The notes under the pieces were generated by a model. It saw only the letters and a list, made by a program, of their open reading frames with translations, did no database searches and was not told the origin of the DNA. Positions 23,846-37,200 of a DNA stretch of 64,000 bases are shown here, piece by piece. The position numbers and the translations under genes are program-made. This DNA comes from Paragordius varius (lineage: Eukaryota; Animalia; Nematomorpha): NCBI GenBank assembly GCA_964247055.1, contig OZ176052.1:9920001-9984000 (forward strand), in the 5' to 3' direction. Position 1 is the stretch's first letter. Each line of letters opens with the position of its first letter.

Positions 23846-25502
23846 CTTCTATTCAAATTGGGGTAGTTGGATACCCCAGGCTTAAATATTAAATATTTCA
23901 ATAAAATAAATTAAAACCATGGCAAAAGTTTGCACCTATATAACATTAATGAACCGAAATATAAAAAAAATTTATTCAAAAATACTTGATATTACTTATT
24001 ATAGGGTAAAACTTAACGGTATTTTAGCCAACTTATCATGTTTGCATAAGCTAATTGCAAAAATATTACAAAATATCCCACTTTTTCTGTTTATATCAAT
24101 GAATGTGATTTTAATAAAAATGTAAACTTAATTTTACGCTTAGAATCAACTAAATACGATATTTGGCAAAAATGTTGTAAAATAAAAATAACGTCGAAGT
24201 AGTTTGATACGGAATTTTTTAAAACTAAATTTTAGATAATTTATTTTATTATATAATATCATTGGATAGAAGCATAAATTTAAATTTGGACCGTTTTTTT
24301 CAGTAGTTTAAATATATCAATATAAATATGGTCTGGGGTATTTAGATATCCCAATTTGAATCGAAATGTTAACACCTGGATACAATACATTTATTTGAGT
24401 CCTTGGCAAATTGGGGTCGTTTATATCCCAGGCCTGATTAAAATGAAATACTTCAAAAAATATGGAAGGAATTGAAACAATGGCAAAATTTTCACTTATT
24501 ATATAAAATAATGGACAGAAATATATAAAAAAATTATTCAAAAATACTTGATTTATTTTATATTGTAAAACCCGTAGGCATTTGATATGGATTCTTTATT
24601 AAACTGAATTTTATTTAGCTTTTTCAGCTTATTTGTATATTTTTATTAATACTGAAGCAAAAAATTATATTAGGACCGTTTCTTTCAGTTTTAATTATAT
24701 CAATAGTCCGGGGTATTTAGATGCCCCATTATTATAAACAGTTTAATAATACAGTCAAAAGAGTAATTAGAAGTTAATTTAACACTTTGGATATTACGCA
24801 TATATTTCAATACCGAATTGAGGTCGTTGGTAGACCCTATTTAAACTCATATATTAAAAATATGATATAAATATAAAATTATTGCAAAAGTCTGCACTTA
24901 TAAACATTGATTCGCCGAAATATAATAAAGGATTTGATTTAATAAAAATAATTTCTTGTAATTACTTATTAACACTTGGAAACAACACATTTATTTCAGT
25001 AGTTCGATTCAAATTGGGGTAGTTGGATACCCCAGGCCTGTTTATAATTAAATTCCTAATAAAATATGGAAGGAATTGAAATCATGTCAAAAGTTTGCAC
25101 TTATATAACACCAATATATAAAAAAATCGATTCAAAAATACTTGATTACATTTATTTAAAGGTAAAACTCAAAAGTTAAAATTTAACCAACTTGACATGT
25201 GTGCATTACCAAAATTTAAATATAATATAAATAAACCACTTTTTCTGTTTCCATCAATATTAGATATGATTAATAAATTTGATTTATTAGCTTTAAAATT
25301 AAATAAACAGATATTTTGCAATAATGTAGAATAAAAATGGCGTCGAATAAGTATATGAAACTTTTTCTTCACAAAATAGATATTTCGAATTATTTATATT
25401 TATATTGGGATAGAAGTATATACTTAAATTAGGACCATTTTTTTGGTAGTTGTAATAAATAACTATAGTCTGAGGTATTTAGATGCCCAATTTAAATCGA
25501 AC
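23846..25502. mobile_element. Cluster of 3-4 related ~350-520 bp MITE copies in tandem
   Basis: Imperfect ~30-bp TIRs (gttcgattcaaattggggtagttggatacccc ... gaggtatttagatgcccaatttaaatcgaac). Best copy 25002-25502, another at about 23846-24365, degenerate copies between. Shared internal motifs aaaagtttgcac, aaaaatacttgat and taggacc. Confidence 0.7.
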
Positions 25503-26884
25503 TGTAAATATATAACCTAAAGGTAATAATCTAACATGACATATTTGCATTGGCTAAATATAAAAATATGAACAAATCTTTTTTATGTTTATATAATATA
25601 TTTTAAATTAACTTAAATTCTAGCGTTTTACAGTATCCCCAAAAAACCTGGTGAAATATATAATCTTCTGCTAGGAAATATTAGGATGGTGCTTTTTGTT
25701 TTATCCCTTATGAGTGAAAGTTTTCTCACTTTTGTGGTAAGAACTCCATATCAGAAAATGAATAAATTACGCCTATTTTTTGAAAAGTTTTGCTGAAAGC
25801 TAAATGCTTTTAGATGTGGCTCCGAATGTCCCATAATTTCTCGCTCTTCTAAAATAGGCCACTTCTGTTTAAATAAAAGCAATGCAGAGATTGCGAAATT
25901 ATCAATATATCCTAAATTGATATTAACTAAAAAAAAATAAAAATGCATATATTTTTCAAATATTTAATTTTGAGCAAAAATTTTTTAAAGAGTACTTCAT
26001 ACTACATTGAGGCACCATGGAAATAATAAAAATGCTTTAAGACATTAGAAAAAAGCTTTCTACACAGAATATTGATTTAAAAATTCGTTCATCTTTAAAA
26101 TTATAGTAGATAGATATAATTTTTTTGACAAGAATCTCCAATAAAGCAAACAAACATTTTTAAAATTTTGAAGCGAAATGTTCTGCCTTATCAAATTATA
26201 TAGAAAAAGTTTTTTAATATTAAGCATTTTTAAACTGTTTCTATGATACCAAATATTTTAAAGTGCGTTTAAAAATTTTGGTAACAATTAAATTTTTAAA
26301 AAAGTATGCATTTAGAAAATATTTTTAGTTGATGCCAAAACTTAGCTTATTTTTAACCTTTTTATCTCGCAATATCGGACTTTTTGCGTTTATTTAAGAC
26401 TCCCTTACCATTTGTGCTAGTTTCATATTCCAGAGAGATTAGAAATTTAAATATCTTAAAAAATATAAAGGTATTAAGCCAAATTTGCATTATACACAAA
26501 AATTAAAATGTAAAATTGTAAAATCCAAATCTCAAACTTTTTTGCTGTCCGCACACACCTAATATACCATCACGCCTCCATAAAACAACTGAAAAAATAT
26601 TTGAAATATTATTTGGAAACATATAATATTTAATTTAAATTTTGCCTCTTTATTAACAACTTGGGATTGAAATAAATATTTCGACATTTGGCTATAATAT
26701 TCTTTTTTTGGCAATCACTATCTAAGTATAGTATATTGTCCATTTTTTCTATTTTATTAAGTATATTTGGATCTGTCAAAAGTGGATTTGACCCAAATCT
26801 GGATGGACAACCTTATCGGGTCGCATTTTTTCTTCCGTTAGACTCCTTACCTCGTCTCTGATAGAGATTTTTTGTATACAAATA

Positions 26885-26927
<43 letters not shown>

Positions 26928-27194
26928 TATAATATTGTAATAGTTAGAATTCATAAGATTTACAGTATGAGTAAGTATATATTGCTAGTTTTTCATTATT
27001 TATTACCAAATAGCATATGCAGTAAAGGGCAGTATTATTGGCATATTTTTCACTTTTTACTATTATTAGCCAATAATAATTCTTTTTGCTGCATATGCTT
27101 TTTGGCAATAATTAATGAAAAACTAACAGTGAATTACTTACTCATACTGTATATAGCGCTTTATGTATGCAATATATATATATATATATATATA

Positions 27195-28400
27195 TACTGT
27201 ATGCGAAAAAGAGGGTAATTTTTTTAACAAAAAATTTTTTTATGAGAATGCTAATGACCAGCGAATTCGTTTGCCGTAAAATTTTTTATATGTTTACGAT
27301 AGTTTTTGAAATATTGAGATAAAGTCAAAATTGGATAAAAAGTTAAATAAGCATAACTGCGGATAATTTAAATAATAATGATAAAACTTGATTTATGATT
27401 TATTATCATTTTAGCAGATATTTACTATATAAATAGCCTTAAATCATATAGTTAGGGCTTGTAAAAAAACTCAGCTCAAAAAATAAAATTTTTATGAAGC
27501 TATATTAAAAAATTTTTTAAATTATTTACTTGCTAAACTCATTAAAATCTTAAATTTATTCATTAAAAAAACATATTTATCAAAATAAAACTAAAAAATA
27601 TTGTTTTTTATTTTTTCATTTTTTTCCCTCTGGTTTATCAGTGCAAAATATATCGTTTGTTTTATTTTGGAATCTTACATGAGCAAGAATATTGAAGTAT
27701 ATAAAATTAATACATAATAGGATTTACAAGTACGAAAATCAGCCAAAAATCCATACATAGCCCAGTGAAAATATTAATTTTGTTATAACAAACCTGTTAC
27801 AGGGATTTTTACGGATTGTTGGTTGATATTCTATTACTTTTAAATCCTATTTTGCATAAATTTATATACTTAGAATTTCTACTCATATAAGATTCCAACA
27901 TAAAGCAAAATAATTTATACACTCATAAACCAGATGAAAAAATGAGAAAATAAAAATACAATATTTTTTTAGTTTTATTTTGATATATGAGTTTTTTTAC
28001 TGAATAAAATATGAATAACTAGATTTTAATAGTGAGTTTAGCTACTAAATAATTAAGAAAAATTATTTTAATATAGTTTCATGAAATTTTTTTATCTTTT
28101 AAGTATGTTAATAGAAAAACGCTTTTTGATCTGAGTTTTAATTAAAACCCCAACTATATGATTTTAATCTATTTATTTATTGAAAATATCTCCTAGAATG
28201 ATAATTAAATTTCAAGTTTTATCATTATTTTTTGAATTATCCTTAATTTTCACCTTTCCCAATTTTGATTTTCATTTAATATTTTAAAAGCTAGGTCGTT
28301 AACAAATAAATTTTTTTGCGGCAAATGAATTCGCTGATCTTAGCTATCCTATGAAAAAAAACTTTTTGTTAAAAAAATTAACCCTTTTTTGCACACAGTG
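27195..28400. mobile_element. Almost fully palindromic ~1.2-kb non-autonomous element with Tc1/mariner-like ends, inserted at TA
   Basis: Ends (t)actgtatgcgaaaaagaggg and cccttttttgcacacagtg followed by TA. The two halves are reverse complements meeting near 27790. A second copy lies at 51120-52283. Confidence 0.8.
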
Positions 28401-28599
28401 TATATAGTTATAGACGTTAATTATGTAAGTAAAATAAAGAGCATCCAAAATATTTATACTTTCATTATTATAATGTGCGAATTGTTATAATGTTTGGATG
28501 TATACGCAAATGTGTTTCAACATACAAGTTATATAAACACCCATAACGGCACAAGATTTATTATGTTTTAGTTGGTTAATGAATTCACTTTATCCTTTG

Positions 28600-30900
28600 A
28601 TATTTTAACACGATCGATATGGAAAAATTACTTTGATGCATTATGTGGAAGGAGAAAGAAAATTTGCAGCATAAGAAACGGGTTTTGCTGGCCAAATAAT
28701 TGTCGATAAATGATATAAATTGTAAATATTGTTATTCCTGGCCTATTCCGATATGTCTACTCCAAACAAGCTGGAACAATATTTGTATCCCACGGCGTTA
28801 GACGATTGTAATTGGGCCACAATATTGGATGCTAAAACAAATATTTTTGATTAAAAAATAAGCTTCAAAGTTTGGTTCGATTTTGCTAAGTTTACGATAA
28901 ATCCTCTACCAAGTATCTGCTACGTAAGCCGCTGCTAAGTGTGGTGACGGTATTGATATCGGTGGGATACATTCATAAACGGATTGCAACTGCAGAAGCT
29001 TGAATTAGAACTCCTAACACGTTTTCCTGACGCAACAATCGATTGTCAACCGGTAAGTTTGAATACCATATTCGATATCGCCATGAATTATGAAAAAGCG
29101 GATAAATGTTTTGCTGTGATTGAACAATCGCCGCAATAACAAATATGTGTACCGACTCGCAATCAACCAATGTCCCGCGCTAGGGAATATATGTTTTAAT
29201 GCAAACGATGGGGGCATTTTCAATCAAAATGCACAACCTCGACCGATAGTTTTGGATCACAACAGCCGTCAAAATAGAAGCAAGGCTTAACGAGTTATCG
29301 GGAGGAATGCAGTACGACACGGGTCGTCTGTATCAATCATCGATCGTGAGACGTGTAAATTTAGCAGTCCAAAACTGAGGGCGCTAAGTGTTGATGTGGT
29401 GAGCGACACAAGATACGGACGTTGGACAAAGTGGAGCTTTAGGTCGGAGTTGAAAATCGGGAAAAATGGTTGGAAAGGGTTGAGTTTGAGGAAGACCACC
29501 TTTGATCTTTGGCTGGGATTGGATTAAAGTTATAATAATATGCAGTGCAATCATATCTGCAAATTTTTTATATAAATTTAACCAACTTTTCTGCGAAGAG
29601 AAATTAGGGTATTTGAAAGGCTCCGCAGTTAAGTTGTTTGTAAAGACGGAGGATATCCAAAAAAAATAAGTGTGGAAGGGTCCTTGCGGCTGCCAAAATT
29701 AGGGAAGAGATATACACGTTTAGTAAAAGCCGGTATATAAAAACCATTAGACCCAACTAAAGAAAAACTGGCATGAGCTACCCCCATTCTAAAATAATCA
29801 AGCCATAAAAGGAATCTTTGACTGTGTGCCGATTTTAGGTTAATTCAAATCCTCAGTTAGATGACGATAGCCATACAATTCCCTCGTTCAAAGAACTGAT
29901 TTCTAAAGTAGGGTTGGGTGAAACTTTTTCAACTTGGACTTGAAAGACGCGTATTATCGAATCTCAAAGACAGCTTATATAGGTAATAAATAGGTTCTGT
30001 TATCAGAAAATATTAGACTTATCCGTTGCTAAAAATATATAGTAACATTTTGCTACCAAAAATGGCAAAACTTTGAAAAGGGTAAAAAACGCTTTATCAA
30101 TAAAGGATTGGTCACATGACGAATTAAAACCCTTTAGAAATATTAGAAACGAAATAGAAAATTCTAATGGCTATCAGGAATGATAGGCTAATTCCAAATG
30201 TAGAACTTGCAAATATATTAAATCTATTACATGTAGGTGACATAGGTTGTAATGGCATGAGGGAAAAGAAAAAATATATATTTACCGATATAAATACCGA
30301 CATTGACGAAAATCTTGCGAAAATAGTCAGCTCAACCGCCCCAATATTAAACCAAACCCCTCATATCAATGGAACAAAAATACAAACATTTGGGAACAAC
30401 TGCATTGAGACGCAGCAGGGCCCGTCGTTGGCTTGTATTGGATTGTTTTGATAGAAAGCTATTCCCGATGGGTTGAGTTAAAACTAATAAAAAAGGTAAC
30501 TTCTACAATAATTCACAATTTTTTAGAAAGTGCTTCGCACAATTCAGATTTTCAAGAATAATAATAATAGCTAATGCTTCTTTTTTTGTGTCTTCAGAGC
30601 TTAAAACAATTTTAAATAATATTGATGGCAAAACATCACTTCATAGCCGTACCATCCCAAATCAAATGGGATGGTTGAGAGAGTCATATATACTTTAAAG
30701 TCGCAAGAGCCGATAATAGTAATAAAGCGCAAACCAAAATAAAATACGTCATATGGGGTTATAGAACAAGTATTCAAACTTCGAGAAAATGCAGTCTGGC
30801 GACACTCTTTCTTAGCCTGCCCCGTCGGGTCCAATAGCATGGTTAAAGAGTAGACCCGCGGATTATATCAATAACATTACACCGAATACCGAGTTTAATG
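28600..30900 (+). mobile_element. Heavily decayed Ty3/Gypsy LTR retrotransposon internal region (gag-PR-RT-IN remnants)
   Basis: Frameshifted remnants in Gypsy order: CF*CKRWGHFQSKC zinc knuckle (~29190), DTG-SSVSII protease (~29320), RT CADFR...PQLDDDSHTIPSFKELISKVG...LDLKDAYY (~29825-29960), integrase AGPVVGLYWIVLIESYSRWVE (~30420) and PYHPKSNGMVER (~30650). LTRs not recognised. Confidence 0.85.
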
Positions 30901-30948
30901 ATTAGGTTTCCTTTAAAAATTTATTGAGTCATAGTTGGTGTGAAGGCA

Positions 30949-30987
<39 letters not shown>

Positions 30988-31253
30988 TCATGTCTCGTAA
31001 AGCTTTTTTTAAAGTGAGTTTATTGTATTGAGTTCTTTTAATCTAATATCAATGTTTGTAATATTGACACCGTTTCCTGACTCGCCCAGGCATTACACAA
31101 TTTTTGCCAGAATATTATAACATTTGTAAATTTGATTTTAAAAAATGATTAACAATTAGCTGTATAAATGATTTCGTTAATATTGTCAACGACAACGAAT
31201 ATTTTATGTTAAAATTATAATTTGTATTCTCGTAAAATTTATTAAATTCAAAT

Positions 31254-31593
31254 TCCAAAATTTTCGATACATGAGAGTATCTTTTTCAATGGATTAACTA
31301 AAACAAAAGAAAATAATAATAAGATTAATTAAAACAAAATTGAAAAATATAATTATAAATTATGATAACAAAAAAAAACATCAGAAATCGTAACCATATT
31401 ACTTGATCAAGGTTATAAAAAACATTGGATAACAGATTCAATAAACAATATATTAAACCCAAGAGAAAAGCAAAATCCGCCCGAAAGATGTATTTGCCTG
31501 ACTTATAACAATACATCCAAAAAAGTTAACTTATTTTCTTTTGTTTTAGTTAATCCATTGAAAAAGATACTCTCATGTATCGAAAATTTTGGA
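31254..31593. repeat. Perfect 63-bp inverted repeat with a 214-bp spacer (MITE-like or hairpin)
   Basis: 31254-31316 is the exact reverse complement of 31531-31593. Confidence 0.9.
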
Positions 31594-32257
31594 TATAATT
31601 TGAATGTATAAATGATTGTTGGTTAACGTTTCAAACAAATATTATTTGTCGTATGAAATATTACTATTTTAAGATAGATATCGCTAGTTATTATATAAAG
31701 AATATTGTATAAAGTTTATAAATATTAAAAATGGAAATTTAGTGAGTAACAAAATTTCAATATTTTAAGAACATTTTGCTTTATTTTCGGATAAAAACCG
31801 TTTTGTTTATGAAAAAGGGAGACCAAGTGATTCACCAGATTATTTATATGTGATGATGTTGAAATCTTCCTAAAATGTTTAGAACCTTACAAAACATTAT
31901 TTTACCAATTAACTAATATCTCAAAAATATAATTGCCTCCTAATTTAGGGTATAGAATATTGCGTCATTAAACAATAAATGCCTTTTTGTTTGCTCAAGT
32001 TTAAAATTTGTATATAAACCATTGGAAAACCATAGTTCCTTAGTTGTACTTTAGTGCAATCATTTATATTTTAATAAATTTTTTAATTAATTTTAAACTT
32101 ATTTACGGTTAACATAATGTTCACTTTTCGAAATACTACGACTAAAGAAAACGTTATTTGGCTTTTAAAGATATGATATAAAAGATGATTACATAAATTT
32201 ATTTATTATGTGAATTATCAATGGTTGCGTCTTGCGATTGACTAAAGACCAGCCACC

Positions 32258-34219
32258 CTACTCTACTGAAGAATCATTTTTCCTAAATCGTTTCCATACA
32301 CGATTAAATCCATTAGTTTTTATCGACGGTTTAGGATCAGGATTTAGTATTACAGGTGACTTAATTTCTGGCGTTTTGGGTTTCTCATCAATAATTTCGA
32401 GGCTTTCTGGTGATATTGTTTTCGCGTTGGGAAAATATCTTTTTTTCATATCAACAATATCTAATTTATTTGTTTTAAACATTCGCTTAAGCTCTTCGAA
32501 ATCATCCTCCAAAGGTGGGACTATTTCAAATTTTATAGTTATATCATTATCTAAAACTTGGGTTAAATTTTCCTCACATATTGTACTTTTATTTTTTAGG
32601 AGACTTCCAAAAAATTGTTTTACTTTTGCATTTTCGGTAGTGTTTGTATTTTTTATTTCTTTGCTATTTGAAACATTTTGAATGTCCTTTTTAAATGTTT
32701 TTTGAAACACTTGCATAAGTGTACGGTTTTCAATTTTTGAGGTATCTCCTCTTTCAACATCATCCGCTTGCACTTGGTTTTTCATATCATCTGCTAAAGA
32801 TTGAACTAGAATTGGATTAATAATTTTGTTTTCAATATTCTTTGAGAGTTGGCCAGAATTTCCTTTCAATATATTCACATCCTTGTTGTTTGATATTCCA
32901 AAAAGGTGTTTAACTTTTACTTTTTCCATATAATTTGTAATAGGATTTTTATCCACGTTGTTATCACTTGAAACCTTTTGGTTCTCATTGTTTGGAGTTT
33001 TTTGGAACATTTGGATAAGTATTCCACGATTTACACTTTTTGAGGTATCCCCAATATCCACATCATCAGCTTTCACTTGGTTTTTCATATCATTTGGTAA
33101 AGGAATTGGATTAATAATCTTTTCAACATTATTTGAGAGTTGGCCAGAATTTCCTTTCAATACATTCTCCTTGTTGTTTGGTATCCCAAAAAGGTGTTTA
33201 ACTTTTACTTTTTCCATATAATTTGTGAAAGGATTTTTAATTTCCACGTTATTATCATTTGAAACTTTTTGGTTCTCATTATTTGGAGTTTTTTGGAACA
33301 TTTGGATAAGTGTTGCACGATTTCCAATTTTTGAGGTATCCCCAATTTCAACATCATCAGCTTTCACTTGGTTTTTCATATCGTTTGCTAAAGGAATCGG
33401 ATTAATATTCTTGTTTTCAACATTATTTGAGAGTTGGCTAGAATTTCTTTTAAATACATTCGCATCCTTGGTGTTTGATAGCCCAAAAAGTTGTTTAACT
33501 TTTACTTTTTCCATATAATTTGTAAAAGGATTTTTAATTTCCACGTTATTATCATTTGAAACTTTTTGGGTCTCATTATTTGGAGTTTTATGGAACATTT
33601 GGGCAAGTTTTGTAAATGTTGAACGGCTTTGACCTTCTGACGTATAATTTATTTTTTCATTAGGCTCCTCCTCATTACTCTCGAATGTTTTGGAAACAAA
33701 ACCTCCACCTTCGTTTATTGCTAACTGGCCTCCATTTACCATATTTTGTATATCTGATGTTTCATGAATTTGATTTGCATCTCTCTGTGTTATTATCCCC
33801 GTATACATAGATTTAATGAATTCAAATTTTTCGCGACCACCATCTAATGAATTTGAAATAGAGTGACACCCAACAGACACCAGAATACTCTCCAACATCA
33901 TTTTTGTCTTTTCTATTTTATCAAAATAAGTTTGGACATCACTCATTAAAAGTTGGTTATGATCGAAATTTGGTTGGACATCTTTATCGAATTGTGGCAG
34001 TTCATTATCTAACAGACTCCTTTTCCCTCCGTCTTGGACTTCAGCTTTCTGTAAATTGGGTTTGTTGTTTTGATTGAAATGTTCTTTCCATCTACCAATG
34101 TTTGTGATATTGGAACTTTTCCCAATTTTAAAGTAATCAACCACTTTATTTTCTAACGTATTTTTCTCAACGATATTTGGATTTTTTGTAAAGTTAAATT
34201 TAAAATAATTAATTGACAT
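32258..34219 (-). CDS. Intronless orphan 653-aa Asn/Lys-rich protein with ~3.5 internal repeats of 97-100 aa
   Basis: Uninterrupted 1962-nt ORF in very AT-rich DNA. Repeat anchors (QMFxKTPNNE...YMEKVKVKxLFG...MKNQVKADDVxIGDTSK) are spaced 297, 291 and 300 nt apart. A paralogous pseudogene lies at 12741-16121. Confidence 0.8.
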   Translation of the reverse strand: MSINYFKFNFTKNPNIVEKNTLENKVVDYFKIGKSSNITNIGRWKEHFNQNNKPNLQKAEVQDGGKRSLLDNELPQFDKDVQPNFDHNQLLMSDVQTYFDKIEKTKMMLESILVSVGCHSISNSLDGGREKFEFIKSMYTGIITQRDANQIHETSDIQNMVNGGQLAINEGGGFVSKTFESNEEEPNEKINYTSEGQSRSTFTKLAQMFHKTPNNETQKVSNDNNVEIKNPFTNYMEKVKVKQLFGLSNTKDANVFKRNSSQLSNNVENKNINPIPLANDMKNQVKADDVEIGDTSKIGNRATLIQMFQKTPNNENQKVSNDNNVEIKNPFTNYMEKVKVKHLFGIPNNKENVLKGNSGQLSNNVEKIINPIPLPNDMKNQVKADDVDIGDTSKSVNRGILIQMFQKTPNNENQKVSSDNNVDKNPITNYMEKVKVKHLFGISNNKDVNILKGNSGQLSKNIENKIINPILVQSLADDMKNQVQADDVERGDTSKIENRTLMQVFQKTFKKDIQNVSNSKEIKNTNTTENAKVKQFFGSLLKNKSTICEENLTQVLDNDITIKFEIVPPLEDDFEELKRMFKTNKLDIVDMKKRYFPNAKTISPESLEIIDEKPKTPEIKSPVILNPDPKPSIKTNGFNRVWKRFRKNDSSVE

Positions 34220-37200
34220 TTGTGGTTTTTTGATGTTGTATAAGCGTTTATAAGAATGTTGTATATTAAAAATTGATTGTTGGTCGTTCTATCATCTTAA
34301 GTAATATTTTATGGTTTCATTTAAATTATTATAACAAGCAAGCTATCTTAATCTTAACATATTTATGAGTAAAAAGTGATTGTTAGTTAATGCAAACAAA
34401 TAAACGGTTTAATATAAATGAAGCCGATCAAATATTACTAGCATTTTTTTCACATAAAATTTTATTAATTATTCTCGCTTTGGTTTTTATCGCTGTTTAA
34501 ATCAGGGATTGGAACCATCACCGTTTTTAAACGATTCAATATTTTATTTTTTATCTTTAAAATAATGCTGTTAAAACTACGATTAAAATAGTTTTTAATA
34601 TTTAATATATACAACTACATTTTGTAGATTTTTTGAGAAAATTAGCATCCAATAATTGCTCTTTATTTGCTATATTTTTGGCTATTGCACATTATAACTA
34701 TCATTTAAAAATATTAAAACCAATATGTTTTTTGCAAATTGATAACCATTTAATATGTTATAACGGAATTGGATCCCAATTGATTGCAACCGCTCATATT
34801 CAAGAATATTTGGCTTTTTGACTAAATAATTTTGCAATGGCATTTATTGATATATGGGGAAAATTATAAATATTATTAACAAGTTAATCCTATTATTATA
34901 ATTACTTATCCTATAACAAACTAATTATATAATCTCAATCATTGGTCTCAATATTTTATATGAATTGGATAATAAAGATAATAATTTTTTTCACACCACA
35001 CCGTATTAAAGTGATGAATTATTTTATAAAAAACCAATCAACATATATTTGATTTTACTTTCAATTGTTACTCGGCTCCTATGTTGCAAATTACCCATAT
35101 GAGGCATTTCCCTCGGAATATAAACGTCGATAATAATGGATATTAATTGATCTTAGCTTATCCAAATGTTGCTTTAAGACTACGTTAATTTTATATGGTG
35201 GCGATGGCATTTACCGAGGGTGGGGTTCTGCCAAAGGTTAATATAAAAAGCGCTTACTAACATTTATGCGTTTATACAGAAAACAAAAATTACTATTGGT
35301 TGTAATGGTCTCAATAGTTGGTTGAAAAATTGTTTCAAAATTGTGTTTGGGGACTTAGAATTTTGTGAAGAATGGCATTATACGGAAAGAGCGTCTAACA
35401 CGAGCTCAAAAAGTTGGCCGACAGCGTTTATCCCATTGGTGAAAATTGGAAAAAATGTTTTTTGATTTTAAAGGGGGCTACACGATTTTTGGAATATTGT
35501 ATTAAAATCAGCATTCTACATTTTTATGAAATTAATATATATATATATATATTAATATAACGAACACAGTAAATTGATTTGCGTCATGATAAATAAAATT
35601 TTATTCATTTAGAACACTCAATTTATTTTTTCAATATCATTTATAGAAGACATATAATTTAAGTTAGGGTTTGAAAATAAACGAAACTAGTTTGTGAGTT
35701 TAAGATGAATCCCAGGGTATTTAAAAATCGTAAAGATGAGGATCAGCAAAAGCTGATTAATTTAAAGGCGCCCTTTAGTTATTATTACGAGAGATTAATG
35801 GATATTTAATGAGGAAAATTAAGATTTTAAATAAAAATATATTTTTTAATTAAAAAATAAATTTTTAGAAAAATTACAATTACTTGATAATAAATTATTT
35901 TAACAACTACCTTTTGGGGTAGTTTTATATACCAGAGCCATTTGAAATTTGAATATCTTAAAAAATATTTTTGGTATTAAGCCGAATTTAAAAATATGCT
36001 TTTAGTCGTTTAGGCACATTACTCGAAAAATATTTCTTTTAAAAAATTAAAATTGTAAATAAATCGTTATCTCTTTGCCGGCATTTTTATTTCTATACAT
36101 TTTTTAAATCGCTATTGCAACAGGCATATATGTATATTATGAATATAAAATGTAAATAATTACCTTTAATAAACTTTCAGGCTACATTATACTAGTAAAA
36201 ACTGATATATTTTGGTTTTAATATCAGCTGCTCGTTTCAATCGTGTTTTTGAGCTGTCCCAATTTTAGAGTGTAGAAGTTACAAAAACTGTTTAAAATTT
36301 AAGCTTTTTATTTAATGCATAGGAACATTGTTTGATGATTAAATTTTAACTAAAATAACTTTTAAATCAGTAGTTTTTCTACAAAATTGAACCCAAGATA
36401 TGAAACTCCCCCAATAAACTAGGACAAAAAAATTAAAGGTAATGAAGTGTTAATAATATTGTGGGCCGCATAAAATTGCATGTTATTACTAATAAATAAT
36501 TGCGTATGTTATTATAACAATATGAACGATAAATGACATATCATTTACGTTTATTTATTCATAAAAATATAAAATTGACTAAACAATATTAAAATCATAG
36601 TTGTTTGTTATAACAACAAATTTAAATTGAACCTTCTTTTAGTTAACTGTAAATTGGAAAAGAAATTATTGTAAATACGCTAATTATTAATAAGATGGCC
36701 TTTTATAAAAGAAGTAGGCATAATGTTATATAGTTTTAGGTTAGAAATAATAATTTTGTACGCATTTTAACATCGTTTTTAAAAATAATAATTGAATTTC
36801 AATAATAAATTTAATCATTACAAATCATAAAACGAAATATGAGATTTAAAATGTGTACAAAACAGATCATTATAAGGTTTTAAAATGTTTAATTGTTAAC
36901 AATATGCATATATCTATAAGAGTTTTCAACGAGCTAACAAACAAGTGTCTATTCGATGAGAATATATTAGCACATCCTTATTTTTTAGGGTAGTCTTTTA
37001 TAAAGCGATTAAAATAAAATAACTCTCAATCTATGATAATGGTCTAAATCTAAAAACTATGCACTCTATAGCCCTGTCTAGCAATTTATCTTTTATGACA
37101 TCTCATTATTTAAAATATTAGGAATTTGTAATTCAAAGCAAGCATTTTATGTTATGTGTCTTTTGTAGGTTAATGTTTTAAATTAACACTATATCTGAGT

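Noticed and set aside
25630-25948. Possible exon (GYIDNFAISALLLFKQKWPILEEREIMGHSEPHLK)
   Set aside because: No recognisable homology and no convincing in-phase neighbouring exons.
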